The translations under genes and the position numbers were made by a program. A model generated the notes under the pieces. It worked only from the letters and a program-made list of their open reading frames with translations, did no database searches and was not told the origin of the DNA. A stretch of DNA of 62,941 nucleotides, filler included, from Chiloscyllium plagiosum (taxonomy: Eukaryota), in the NCBI RefSeq assembly GCF_004010195.1. It is 3 parts of one record of this genome, joined end to end, with 100 filler letters (N's around TTAATTAATTAA, not from the genome) between each part and the next. Parts side by side here need not be neighbours in the genome. Positions count along the whole stretch, not along the records: positions 23,061 to 38,123 come from NC_057717.1; positions 38,224 to 62,941 come from NC_057717.1; 1 more part is not named here. One strand, 5' to 3'. Below, in pieces: positions 36,825-48,709 of the stretch. How positions within the stretch are numbered: the first letter of the stretch is position 1; every line of letters starts with the position of its first letter.

Positions 36825-37515
36825 TGTGTCGCGTGCGTCCATCTGGCCTCCCATTGATTTTAACTGCTGAACAGGTGACCAACAGGAGCAGGAACAGGCC
36901 ATTATACTTGCTCTGTGCTTTGCTCTGTTCCTAATTATTAGGCTTAACATACCTGTGAATGAAAACTTTGAAGACTCTTGTTTAACTAATGAAAATATTT
37001 CCCACTTGTTGAACACTATATTGGCAGCTGTGTCAGTCTTTGGGATAGTTTTGATTCATCTACTAAATGCATCTCCTACTAATAGACAGTATTCACAACA
37101 ATGTGCGCAGGGCGATTCTACAAAAGCAAGATGTGAAAAATAAAAAGGCCCACCAGGCAAGCAAGTGATGAACAACCGTAGGGAACCCCTCTTACAACAA
37201 CCATCTTTTTTATTTATAAATTAAACACGCATCAGTACATTTCCTAGCTGTTTTCTGCAAATCTGGGTACCACCAAGTTTGTAATATAATGTTAATCATT
37301 CCCTCCTTGCCCAAGTATGTACAAATATGCACATAACCAACTAAATTAGGCAGCAGCAAAGAAACAACACAAACGTTTCCAGCAGCCGTCATCCACATTT
37401 TGGTTTCAGTATCGATGGAGTACCCTATTTGAGGACATACCTATTGGTCTATAGCAGGGTGCTTCCCCTGTGGTTTCTCTATTATATCTACGTCTACCAT
37501 AACTGTTCCCACATT
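36825..37515 (-). pseudogene. pol: ERV pol integrase remnants with a core deletion
   Basis: HHCC-like VHICTYLGKEGM..WWYPDL..CTDAC; PGGPF..YCLLVGDAFSR*IK; C-terminal LLVTCSAVKING. Confidence 0.8.
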
Positions 37516-38123
37516 NNNNNNNNNNNNNNNNNNNNNNNNNNNNNNNNNNNNNNNNNNNNNNNNNNNNNNNNNNNNNNNNNNNNNNNNNNNNNNNNNNNNN
37601 NNNNNNNNNNNNNNNNNNNNNNNNNNNNNNNNNNNNNNNNNNNNNNNNNNNNNNNNNNNNNNNNNNNNNNNNNNNNNNNNNNNNNNNNNNNNNNNNNNNN
37701 NNNNNNNNNNNNNNNNNNNNNNNNNNNNNNNNNNNNNNNNNNNNNNNNNNNNNNNNNNNNNNNNNNNNNNNNNNNNNNNNNNNNNNNNNNNNNNNNNNNN
37801 NNNNNNNNNNNNNNNNNNNNNNNNNNNNNNNNNNNNNNNNNNNNNNNNNNNNNNNNNNNNNNNNNNNNNNNNNNNNNNNNNNNNNNNNNNNNNNNNNNNN
37901 NNNNNNNNNNNNNNNNNNNNNNNNNNNNNNNNNNNNNNNNNNNNNNNNNNNNNNNNNNNNNNNNNNNNNNNNNNNNNNNNNNNNNNNNNNNNNNNNNNNN
38001 NNNNNNNNNNNNNNNGTGCTGTGAATTAAATTGGTTGAAGACGGGCATCTGCAATTCTGAGGGTATCATTGTGAGGGTGAGGTGGGTAATCGACACAACA
38101 CTTCTGGCTGAAGATGGTGCAGA

Positions 38124-38223
38124 NNNNNNNNNNNNNNNNNNNNNNNNNNNNNNNNNNNNNNNNNNNNTTAATTAATTAANNNNNNNNNNNNNNNNNNNNN
38201 NNNNNNNNNNNNNNNNNNNNNNN
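38124..38223. other. Artificial scaffold-joining spacer
   Basis: 44 N + TTAATTAATTAA + 44 N, identical to 22961-23060. Confidence 0.95.
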
Positions 38224-38341
38224 GGGCTAATGCCCGAACCGTCGATTCTCCTGTTCCCTAGATGCTGCCTGACCTGCTGCGCTTTTCCAGCAACACATTT
38301 CCATCTCTGATCTCCAGCATCTGCAGACCTCACTTTCTCCT
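38224..38341 (+). mobile_element. Penelope-like pLTR 3' end
   Basis: GGGCTAATGCCCGAACCGTCGATT..GATGCTGCCTGACCTGCTG..CCAGCATCTGCAGACCTCACTTTCTCC. Confidence 0.8.
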
Positions 38342-38522
38342 ATCTTTACATTTTGCAGACCCACCTCAACATGATATGTAGCCCCCTGGGCAGTGAATGG
38401 CACAGTCTTCAAATAGATTGAGAAACTAATAATGATGCATCCATGAAGTGTAGAGGGCCATTGGCAGGAGCAGAATCATATTCTGCGCAACTCATTAGGT
38501 CTGCAACCACACAGCTCAACAT

Positions 38523-38691
38523 ACCTCCCACTGTACAGTAACTATCACGGCCCAACCTACCTCCCACTGTACAGTAACCATCACGGCCCGACATACCTCC
38601 CACTGTAGAGTAACCATCACGGCCCGACACACCTCCCACTGTACAGTAACCATCACGGTCCAACATGCCTCCTTCGCTACGGTAACCATCA
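38523..38691. repeat. 36-bp minisatellite (~4.7 copies)
   Basis: Unit ACCTCCCACTGTACAGTAACCATCACGGCCCGACAT. Confidence 0.9.
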
Positions 38692-38693
38692 AG

Positions 38694-38972
38694 AGCGGCA
38701 TGGTGGTTCAGTCGTTAGCTCTGCTGCCTCACAGCACCACGGACCTAGTGTGAATGTGTGGAGTTTGCACGTTCCCCCCCGTGTCTTCGTGGGTTTCCTC
38801 CCAAAGGCAAAAGATGTGTAGGTCAGGTGAATTGGCCATGCTAAATTGCCCATAGTGTTAGGTGCTTTAGTCAGAGAGAAATGGGTCTGGGTGGGTTACT
38901 CTTCGGAAGGTTGCTGTGGACTGGATGGGCCGCTGGTCCTGTTTCCGCACTGTCGGGAATCTAATCTAATCT
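38694..38972 (+). mobile_element. HE1-type V-SINE with internal deletions
   Basis: GCGGCATGGTGGTTCAGTCGTTAGC head, V domain, AATCT tail. Confidence 0.85.
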
Positions 38973-39069
38973 CCAAGGTTCAAGTCGGGAATATGATGGA
39001 ATAATCAATTATTTGAATGAGTGCAGCTCCAACAGTACTCTAGTATGGACTTACTCGCAACAGGCAACA

Positions 39070-40215
39070 CAGTTGTGTGGGGAAGATCCTGTCTCACAAA
39101 CTTGATTGATTATTTTGAGGAAGTGAGAAGATTGTTTGATGAGGGCATGGATGCTAGCCGTTTGGACCTTAGCATGGCCTTTGATAAGGTTCCTTATGCC
39201 AGGCTCATACAGAAGGTGAAGTGAAATGGGATCAGTGGTCAGTTAGTAAGATGCACAGAGAACTGCTTGGTCATAGAAGACAGAGTAGTGGTGGAACAGT
39301 GTTTGTGTGACTGGAGATCTGTAAATAGATGGTGGAGTTGCAGATTGTGAGGATGATTGCCAGAGAATACAGCAGGATATAGGTCAGCTGCAGACTTGGA
39401 CAGAGAAAACACAGACTTTATTTGGACTTTATTTGGACAACTGTGACGTGATGTGTTTTAGAATGTCTAATGCAGGAGAGAAGTGGATGGAAAAACTACT
39501 GGCCGCATCAACATCCAAAGAGATCTAGGTGTATAGCTCCTCAGTCCCTGAAAGTGGCAACACGGTGGATAGGGTGATCATGAAGACTGACGGCAAACTT
39601 GCAGACAGGCATCGGAGCATGCAGTATGAAAATTAGCAGGCCATATTGCAGCTGTAGAGAAAATTAGTTTGGGCACATTGGAATATTCTGTCGAGTACTG
39701 TTTGCCACACGATGTGGAAGTGTTGGAGAGGATATGGAAAAGTTTTACCAGAGTGTTGTCTGGTTTGGGGGGTATTAGCCAGAAGGAGAAATTGAACACA
39801 CATGGTTTGTTTGCACCAGGGCATCGTTGACTATGGGGCTACCTGATAGACATTTACAAAACTGTCAGAGGAATAGATACAAGGACAGTTAGAGGCTTTT
39901 TCCCAGAGGAGAAATATCAATTACTAGGGGGAACCATAGGTTTTAGCTAAAATGGAGAAAGTTCAGGAGACATGATTGGTAAGTTTTTTGTTTGCTTTTT
40001 CAGACAGAATGTGCAAGTGACTGGGATGCACTGATAGAGGGGAAGGAGCTAATATAGCAAGAAGTAAGAGGTTCTTGGCACAGAGAAGAGAAAGCACCGA
40101 AAATAATGACATAGAATGTGTAGAAGCAAAAACTTTGACTTGAACTTTCGAAGGGCATCATGTGTCAGTGTGGGCTTGCTGGGCGGGACGGCCTGTTCCT
40201 GTGCTGGACTGTTCT
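39070..40215 (+). mobile_element. Degenerate CR1 LINE, RT to 3' end
   Basis: GRSCLTNLIDYFEEV..DLSMAFDKVP; CR1 tail GGCCTGTTCCTGTGCTG. Confidence 0.85.
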
Positions 40216-40629
40216 TTAAGTCAAGATTTGAGTGCAGCAGTGGCGAGGTGCTGACTGAATGATGACTGATGATCAACAGCCACATTATTGTAGATCTCTC
40301 CTCATCAATTTTCACCTTCATATCCTCCCTCCTACTGTGGGGAAGCTCAATATGGAGAATTTGACATGAATACCAGAGTTGGTAACTGGTGACTCCATCT
40401 TGCACCTTGCTCCTGCGGCCTTCTCTCTTGGACACCAACGTCTCGGGTGACAATGCACGAACAGAAACTACATGTACTCCACACCCACCAATGCTGACAT
40501 CTGTCACATGCCAGCCTCACCATGTATTCCCAGCACATCTCCGACCCACTGACAGTACACTTCTGTACTTCAATGCTGCAGCTCGGGGTGCACTGATAAC
40601 TCTAATTGTATGGACACTGATCAGGTATA

Positions 40630-40955
40630 CACAAACAACTCATGGACTGTCCCTCTGGGCTGCTCACTGTGTGTTTGTCCATACTCAATACTGGTGCAAG
40701 GACACTGTGCTCAGGGACTCACACCCAGATCATGGTCTGTTCTGCTGGGCTGCTCACTCCATGTTTGTACACACTCAATGCTGCTGCAAGGACACTGGTC
40801 TCAGGCACATGCCCAGCTCATGGCCTGTCCCTCTGGGCTGCTCACTCTGTGTCTGTACACACTCAATGCTGCTGCAAGGACACTGGTCTCAGGGACATAC
40901 ACTCAGCTCATGGACTGCCCCGCTGGTGTGCTCACTCCGCGTTTATACACTCACT
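40630..40955. repeat. ~90-bp minisatellite (~3.7 copies)
   Basis: TCATGG anchors at 40640, 40730, 40818 and 40908; unit contains GGGCTGCTCACT..ACTCAATGCTGCTGCAAGGACACTGG. Confidence 0.9.
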
Positions 40956-41584
40956 TTGAGCAGACTTGAATACTTACAGAATTATTGCCTTGCCTTGCCC
41001 TGCCTTTAGCAGTGTTTCCCCTCAGCCAGAGCTACCAGACTCATCCGCCTGCTGTATTGTCTTGGTATTTAGCACAGACACAAACACAGGATGCTTGATA
41101 TCATTGTCCACAGTCAGTCATGGTGCCCAGCACAGTCAGTCAACGGGAGCCTCAAGTCCCAATCTGGGAGCTTGGACACGGTCAGTCAGCTTATCGTGGT
41201 TGTTAGGATCAGGATCCCTCTCCTGTGAGGGGGTGAGGAGCTGAATGTTGGGAAACGCCTATCTCTCTTGGCTCTTTCTCTCCTATTATGGGATAGTTCC
41301 TTCTGGAATGTAAAAATTAGCATGAGGTATTAAGGAAGATGGAAAAGGTTGGTGCAGCTGTTAGTGCTGGTACAGCTGGGGGCAAGCTGGTGAGGTGTCC
41401 TGAATGAGTGATTAAGCAGCACAGACACCAGGCAGAGTTGGGTAGAGGGGCAGTGATGAGATTGGAGAGACTGACAGAAGGTGCTGCATTCAGTGACAGT
41501 GAGAGAACATGAGCCTTGGTGGGAGGTGGGTGCAGTAACAGAGATAGAGTGAGGGCAAGGTCACAAAATGCAGATGGTGGCATT

Positions 41585-41820
41585 TCCCCTGGTGGAGTGG
41601 GGAAGGTCACTGACCTTCTTCCTACTCTGCTGGGCATTCACCCAGAAGGCTGGCACCTCACTGACCCTGGGTCAGCCTCGTACCAAGTGGCATAGTCTGG
41701 TGTCATAGCCTTCCCTGCCAGTCCTGCAGGAAGATAATGTCCCTCTCCTACACTATGTCATTCACCAGAACCTCAGGGCTTGTCCACAAAGTGAACCCCA
41801 GTTTTACCTCTCTGCCATGT
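41585..41820 (-). mobile_element. Second Harbinger-type Myb/SANT remnant
   Basis: MAER..HFVDK..EVLVNDIV*ERDIIF..NAQQSRKKVSDL, similar to 6497-6712. Confidence 0.5.
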
Positions 41821-42237
41821 CCAGGGCAGTTTCAGATTGACAATCTAAGAGTGTAATGTCTTTTTACAAATGGCACCTGGAACAGGGAGGCCACTGCATT
41901 CTGGGATATCCAGGCAGTGGGCAGCTGTTATGATGAAGGGGAAAAATCATTGCGTTAGTATCAGATGAGAAGGCAACCACGTGGGCAGGGAGGGTAGTTA
42001 ATGAGGCAGATTGGGGGTGGTATCATGAGAAAATGCTCTCACTTTGTGGAGAGAAACCCCCTCCATAAAACCTGACTAAAATGAGACTTGACCACATCAT
42101 AAGTTGGTTTCGGCCTCTGTCTGTCTGAATCAAAATAGGGATGCAGTGTGAAATATTGGGAGCAACAAACTTGGAACGGATTCTAGATTAGTGGTGCTGG
42201 AAAAGCACAGCAGTTCAGGCAGCATCCGAGTGGCAGT

Positions 42238-42275
42238 AAAATCGATGTTTCGGGCAAAAGCCTTTCATCAGAAAT
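42238..42275 (-). ncRNA. Minimal hammerhead ribozyme motif in the Penelope pLTR (probably decayed)
   Basis: CTGATGA-AAGGC-TTTT-GCCC-GAAA-CATC. Confidence 0.65.
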
Positions 42276-42632
42276 ACAGGCACAGTGCCTGAAGGGTGGA
42301 TAGATAAATGACAGGAGGGCGGGGTGTGGAAAAAGTAGCATAGAGTACAATAGGTGAGTGGGGGAGGGGATGAAGGTGACAGGTCAAGGAGGAGGAGTGG
42401 ATAGGTGGAAAAGAAGATAGACAAGTAGGACAAGTGCTGAGCAGGAAGTTTGGAAATAGGGCGAGGTGGGGGAAGGGGAAATGAGTATTTCTTTTCCACC
42501 TAACCACTCCATCCTCCTCCCCGACCTATCACCTTCATCCCTACCCCCATTCACCTATTGTACTCTATGTTACTTTCTTCCCACCCCGCCCTCCTCTCAT
42601 TTATCTCTACACCCTTCAGGCATTCTGCCTGT

Positions 42633-42669
42633 ATTCCTGATGAAGGGCTTTTGCCCAAAACGTTGATTT
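42633..42669 (+). ncRNA. Minimal hammerhead ribozyme motif in the Penelope pLTR (core G lost)
   Basis: CTGATGA-AGGGC-TTTT-GCCC-AAAA-CGTT; GAAA is mutated to AAAA. Confidence 0.6.
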
Positions 42670-43049
42670 TACTGTTCCTCGGATGCTACCTGAACTGCTG
42701 TGCTTTTCCAGCATCACTAATCCAGAATCTTGTTTCCAGCATCTGCAGTCATCTTTTTTACCTAAACTTGGAGCGGTGAGTTATAAAGGTGATTCAAATC
42801 CTTAAAAAGGGGTAACACAATATGCCAGACTTTTAAAAGGAGCCGGGGAAAATCCCCTGCGTTATAGTTATCTTCATTATCCAATCCTCCCTGGATGCAG
42901 TGATGATGCCAGAGGCCTGGGGAATGGCTAACCCTGCAGCTTTGTTTAATGTGGAGCAAGGGACTGACTGAATAGGTCGAGGCTGGAATTCTGAGACAGT
43001 GGATAAACGGTCACTAAGGAAGTCCCAAGGACTCCAGGACAATCGATCT

Positions 43050-43925
43050 GGCGTTGTTCAAGGAAGATCGTGTGTAATTAATCTGACTGTGTCGGTTTGA
43101 GGCAGTAACTTGTAACTGCATGTGACTGACTTGGATTTGATGAGAGATCCCATGGCAGGCTGTTTAAAAACAGAAACTATAGGATCCGGGTGAATGGAGC
43201 AAACAACTCAGAAGTGCAAGGCAAGGCATTTGGGGACATCCACAATAGAGAGGAATTTACAATAAATGAGAGCATAGTCAGTGTGGGCAGATAAATGAAG
43301 GTAGCTGGAAACGCCAATAATCTCGATAATGGAGCAAATGGCACCATTTCCTCTATCAGCCAAAGTGCAGAAAGTCAGAGCAGGAAGCTTATGCAGGAAC
43401 TGTATAAATAATGAGCTCAGTCACAGCTTGGGGATTGTGTGCAGTTCTGGTCACCCCATCACATGGAAAGCTGGAATTCGACTGGAGAGGGGAGAGAGGA
43501 GATTCTTCACCCTGTGACAGTGGAAGTGCAGTTATGAGGAAAGATTGGAACGGCGGATGCTGAGAGGAGATTTGATTGGAGTGCATATATTGTCAGGAGC
43601 CTGGGTAGAGAGGGAGCGAACACCTTGTTCCTGTTGGAGAGCTCAGTTACCGGTGGTGAATATTTAACATAATTGGTTGAAATATTAGAGAAGTGGTGAG
43701 GAAAGTTGTTATTTCACCCAGAGTATGGTCGGGATCTGGGAGGCACACATGGAAGCGGAGTAGAGGCAGAAACTCTCAAACCATTTTAAAAAGGTGCCGG
43801 GATCTGCAGCTGAAAGCCTATAGTCTCCGGGGAGACAGAACGAGGGCTTTACGAAACATTACATCTTGACCAGTGCAGACAGTGGACAGAGTCATCCCCT
43901 CTATACTGCTGTTTTCTGAAGTTTT
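43050..43925 (+). mobile_element. Old, heavily deleted CR1 LINE 3' part
   Basis: Degenerate CVQFWSP/LERG motifs and CR1 3' region. Confidence 0.65.
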
Positions 43926-44099
43926 CAAAAGGTTACCAATATCTGACGGGATCAATATCTCATAGGACACAGGCATCAGGGGTGAGGGCAGAGAGGAGCA
44001 GTATGTAAAATGATTAGCATCACAATAATACTGATCCCATCCTTTACACACAATGCTACTTCACTGTGTTGGTATATTAATCCTTCCTGTAGAAATGGG

Positions 44100-46570
44100 A
44101 AAAACCTTTAATCATCCAGTTCCCAATCATGGTCACACTGCAGCCCCATCTCGATAATCCCAGCTACATCTGATTTGGTTCACACAATTTAAAGCTAACC
44201 TTTCACTGGCCTCGTTGAAAAGTTCCCAGCTTCATTCTTGCCCTATTGAAGGCTGCTGTCAGTCAACTAATGTTTCTCACTCTCAATTATTGCATAGCAT
44301 TCTCTATCATCATCCTGAACGTTACAATAAAATGATCGCTGCCCCCCAAAACGTTCCCCGACTGACAATAGATCCACTTTCCCCATCTCTTCCCCAAGGA
44401 CCAGGTCTAACAGTACATGCTCTCTTGGGCTGGACACATACTCCTGCAGTGATCTCTCCTCCATGTAATCCTGGGATACTGGCCCCTCAGGACGCTGCAC
44501 CACCAGTAACCCAGTCAATATCTGAATAAATTAAGTTTCTCATTATAACTAATCTGTAATACTGTCATCGCTCTCAAATGACTCTGCATATTTATTCTCT
44601 CCATCCTTTCCAATGGTTGCTGGCCGACAGACTGTACCTCACAGTGTAATTGTATACTTTTTGTTCTGTAGCTCCAGCCAAATTCATTCTGTCCTTGGAC
44701 GGATCCTCTTTCTCTTGGACTCCTTAACTAACGCTAATCTAAACCAATACTTCTACCTTCATCCTTTCCCTCCCCTTCTATCATTTTGGAATATTTTATA
44801 CCCAGCAATATTTAACATCCCGTCCTCCCATTCCCTGAGCCAGCTCTCAGTGATCAGTACATCAGATTTCCACACACCAATCTGCGTCTGTAACTCCGCA
44901 CACTCCCAGTATTCCGGTCCATGCAGAGGACCTCAGCTTAAGGCTTTCTTTCTCACTCCATCTTCCACTGTTAATCGTGTTGTTGTAAATTAGTACCAAC
45001 TGTATCTCCCATTATTTTGAGAATCCTGGTAGTCTCCTCTACTATTTCTTTTTGGATCCTAAGCACACACCAAGTTATTTTCAATCCCTCCCAAAAAAAC
45101 CCCGTAAGAAATTCAGTCCCAGCTCTGTCACGTTAGCCCATCCAGCTTGTACTGTTGCTGTCTTCCCCAGAACCAGTTTCAATGTCCCAGGAATCTGAAG
45201 CCCTTCCTGCTGCACCATCGTTCCAGTCACACTCTCATCTACCTCAAACTCTAAATCTTGTTCTCACTTGGACACGGCACTGGGAGTTTTCCAGGGATTG
45301 CTACATTTGTGGACCGGCTTGCTAACCATCCACCTAGCTCCCTAAATTCTGACTCCAAGACCACTTCACCCTTCCTACCCAGGTCATTCCTACCAACATG
45401 GGCATGATCTTTTACTGCTCACTGTCCCCCAGATGAATGTCCTGCTGACACAGTGACATTCGTAACCCCACTATCCTGGAATTACAGACACGCTGACACC
45501 TTCTTCACTTCCCTGTCTCCCCTGTGACCATCGCCCCTCCTTCCTTCTCCCTCCCCTCCTGTGCAGTCAGGCTGCTTGTGGGGCCACAGACATGGCTCTG
45601 TCTGCCCTCCCCTGAGCAACCAGCACCTTCATCAGCTTCCAAACTGGGAAACCGAATTGGGAGGGAGACACCAGGATATGCTTGTATTCCCTGACTGTTT
45701 CTCTCCGATTGCCTAGTCCCCCAGACTCTTCCTTCTTCCAGGCTGTCATGTCTGTAGGGTGATCTGCTCTGTGTGTGTGTGCTTTCCACTTAATCTCAGC
45801 ATCACAGATGTCCCATAGTGTCTCTAGTCACTGTCTGAGCTCCATGACCCAGTGTCCATCTCGGACACAAGCAGGGGCTATGACTTCCCAATTAACAGAA
45901 CACATTTTCCATCTGACAAACATTGCCTAAAATGCATTTTGTCTCGAGTTACTTAATTAATTACTTAGAATGAAGTTAACATCCAGGAAATAACAATATG
46001 CTTAAATCCCTTATTCAACTGTGGTTTACTGAGGGTAATTTATTATATTGGCTCACAATTTTACTTCTCCCTCTTATTTCTGTGTTCAACCCTTATTTCA
46101 GAAGTTGAAAAAAAATNNNNNNNNNNNNNNNNNNNNNNNNNNNNNNNNNNNNNNNNNNNNNNNNNNNNNNNNNNNNNNNNNNNNNNNNNNNNNNNNNNNN
46201 NNNNNNNNNGTGTAATCCTCCAGCTCCCACTCCACTCTGCTCCTTCACAGGGTCACCGTCTCTGTGATATCCAGGTATGACTAGGCCTCGATCCTCAGTG
46301 CTGATTTATATCCTCCCACTTTGGTGCTTCTGTAACTCCCAGGTGTGAGTGAACCTCATGTTCCTGATTCAAGTAACTCCCTCACATGGTCACTCCCTCT
46401 GTGACTCGCTGCTGATTTCGCGCCTCCTGCTCTGCTGCTTCTCCAACTCCAAGTCCCAGTCGGCCTCGATCCTCGCTGCTGATTAATATTCTCCTGCTCT
46501 GTGCTGCTCTCTCTCAGGTTCTCTCCCTTTGTGACTTCCAGCTAATGGTAGGCCTCAAGGCTCAGCTGAG
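44100..46570 (-). mobile_element. 5' part of an old CR1 LINE (5' UTR 46570-46210, ORF1 esterase ~45880-45050, APE ~45000-44100)
   Basis: QEYVSSPREHVLLDLVLG (APE); VSLPIRFPSLE and WDLY..DGL-like esterase remnants. Confidence 0.7.
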
Positions 46571-46639
46571 CTGTATAACATCCCATTGCACACTGGTCCC
46601 TCACAGGATCGCCGTTGTGCCTGGAAGACAGTGGAAAAG

Positions 46640-47460
46640 AGAAGGATTAGACAGAGCAGAGGATGTTACAGTGATTGAGCGAGCTGTCGGGGATGGAACA
46701 GGTTATCTGGAGAGGTAGGCAGACCTGCAGAGTCTAAAGCAGGTTGCTGGAAGATACAGGGAAGGTTGTGGGCACTGAGGGAAGCAACAGAAGTAGAGAG
46801 ATGGCTGCTTGTTGGTGTTGGAGCCTTGTAGAGTCCAAAGGGATTTTTGTGAGCTGCTTATTGAGATGTGAAGACTTCAACAAACTCAAATTGACAGCCA
46901 GGGAGTGTTGTGTGGCACTGGAGACTGTTGGATGTTACAGAGTTAGGAGACTCGCAGTAACTGGGGGGGGGGGGGGGGGGTGGGGGTGGGGGTTACAAAT
47001 GTTTGAAACACTTGTGGTGTTCAAAGACCCTCAGAACATAAGGAGGTACAAGAGAATGGGAGCATTCTAAATTGTGAGATTGCAGGGGCTGGAAGAGCTA
47101 AGATGGATGAGGAGGATGAAAAGTACCAGTGCAGCACAACCAGCTGCTGTACTTCACAGAGATTTAAGGAAGGGAACCTGTGCTGTCATTGAATACAGTT
47201 ATATGGCAAGTTACAGATACTGAGGAGTTACAAATTTAGAAAGGAAGAGGTTATAGGTGATCAGAAGTTTAAACAAAATAAAGAAATGTAAGAGATCACT
47301 AGCACAGACGGCAATGGAGGTGGGGAGACATTCTGATGAACAATAAGAGTTGTCGGCAGAAGAGGATGTCACATGCACAGGAAGAGCTGCATTGTCTGTA
47401 TGCAGTTACAGATGTGAGGAGTATTGCAGCGCCTGCTGGAGGGGACACAGATAACAACAG
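46640..47460 (+). repeat. Degenerate GA-rich satellite-like tract with a G18 run
   Basis: GTTACAGA/GGCTGGA motifs; G run at 46963-46980. Confidence 0.6.
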
Positions 47461-48709
47461 TTCCAACAGCTGGTGCAGTGGTTCAGGAAGGCAGCTCACC
47501 ACCACCTTCTCAGGGACAACTCCAAATTAACAATACATCCAGCAATGCTCATAATCATGAGTGAATAAATAAATAAAGTACCTACAAGCAGCACTGAGGT
47601 CACTGAGGAAGGCCCTTTCAGCAGCACTTCACAAACCCGGAACAACTATACCCTGGAAGGACAGGAGCTCCAGGTGCATGGCAACACCAGCATTTCCAAG
47701 GTGCCCTACAAACCACGCTCCATCCTCCGAGCACTGTGTCTGTCCCTACACCTAAACGATTGCAGTGGGTGAGGAAGGCAGGTCCCCACCACCTTCTCCA
47801 GGGAATTACAAATAGAAGGGTAATGATGGCCAAGCAAGTGATGGCCACATCACATCAATGAATTTGTACAAGGGAAACTAATGGACTGTCCATGGCCCCT
47901 TTGCTTCCTCCACACAACCCACATTCCCATCTCGTTCTGTGTCAGCAAAAAACATGGAAGCAATAGATTTTGTCCATTCATCAAATGCATCAAATCCCTT
48001 TGTGAATAATCCATTTATTCCCACTTAGTTTTCTGTTAAAGAATTCCCAATCCATGCCAGTACATTCCCTTCAATCCCACATTTGCCAATATTGCTTATC
48101 CACATCTTCAGTGGGACCTTGTTGAAAGGTTTCTGAAAACCCCGACAAACCATTCCTCTCTTTTATCTACTCTGCTTATTCACAGCCAGACAGGAAAACA
48201 AACCCAGCAAGGTTTGTGAAATGAAATTTCAGTTTCAGAACAACATGCTTGGCAAGGGTAGAGGATTGGCTGATTCGCAGAAGACAGAGTAGGTATTAAG
48301 GGGTCGTTTTCACGATGGGAACTGGTGACGAGGGGAACTCCGCAGGGGTCAGTGTTGGGACCACGCTGTACATGTTATACATTAAAAGTCTGGACAAAGG
48401 ATGTGAGAGGGTACAAGAACTAGTTTTACAAGAAAGAGCCCACGATGAAATGTTTGTCATATTAGAAGCTGGTGAAGTCTCAGAGTCTGTACTTGATGAA
48501 TTTTCAGAGGCGGCGGTGGCAGGATCTCATTCAAATTTACAGAATACTGAGGGGCCTGGATGGAGTGGACGGGGGTGGGGAGATGTTTTCACTGGTGGAG
48601 AGACCAGGGCTCAAGAGAACGGCTTCAGAGTGAAGGAACAACCCTTTAGAATGGAGATCTGGGGGAATTTATTCAGCCAGAGGGTGATGAATCTGTGGAA
48701 CGGTTCCTG

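Larger units (their letters stand above)
42180..42763. mobile_element. Palindromic Penelope-like insertion (two inverted pLTRs) with a 13-bp TSD
   Basis: Arms ~42180-42418 and ~42487-42728; TSD AAACTTGG(A/G)CGG-type at 42167-42179 and 42764-42776 (one mismatch). Confidence 0.9.

Noticed and set aside
37429..38175. Long ORFs of 200-327 aa here and at 59718-60701
   Set aside because: They consist mostly of N gaps translated as X.
38523..40955. Regular arrays (38523-38691 and 40630-40955) as CRISPR-like loci
   Set aside because: Head-to-tail tandem units without unique spacers, no cas genes, vertebrate context.
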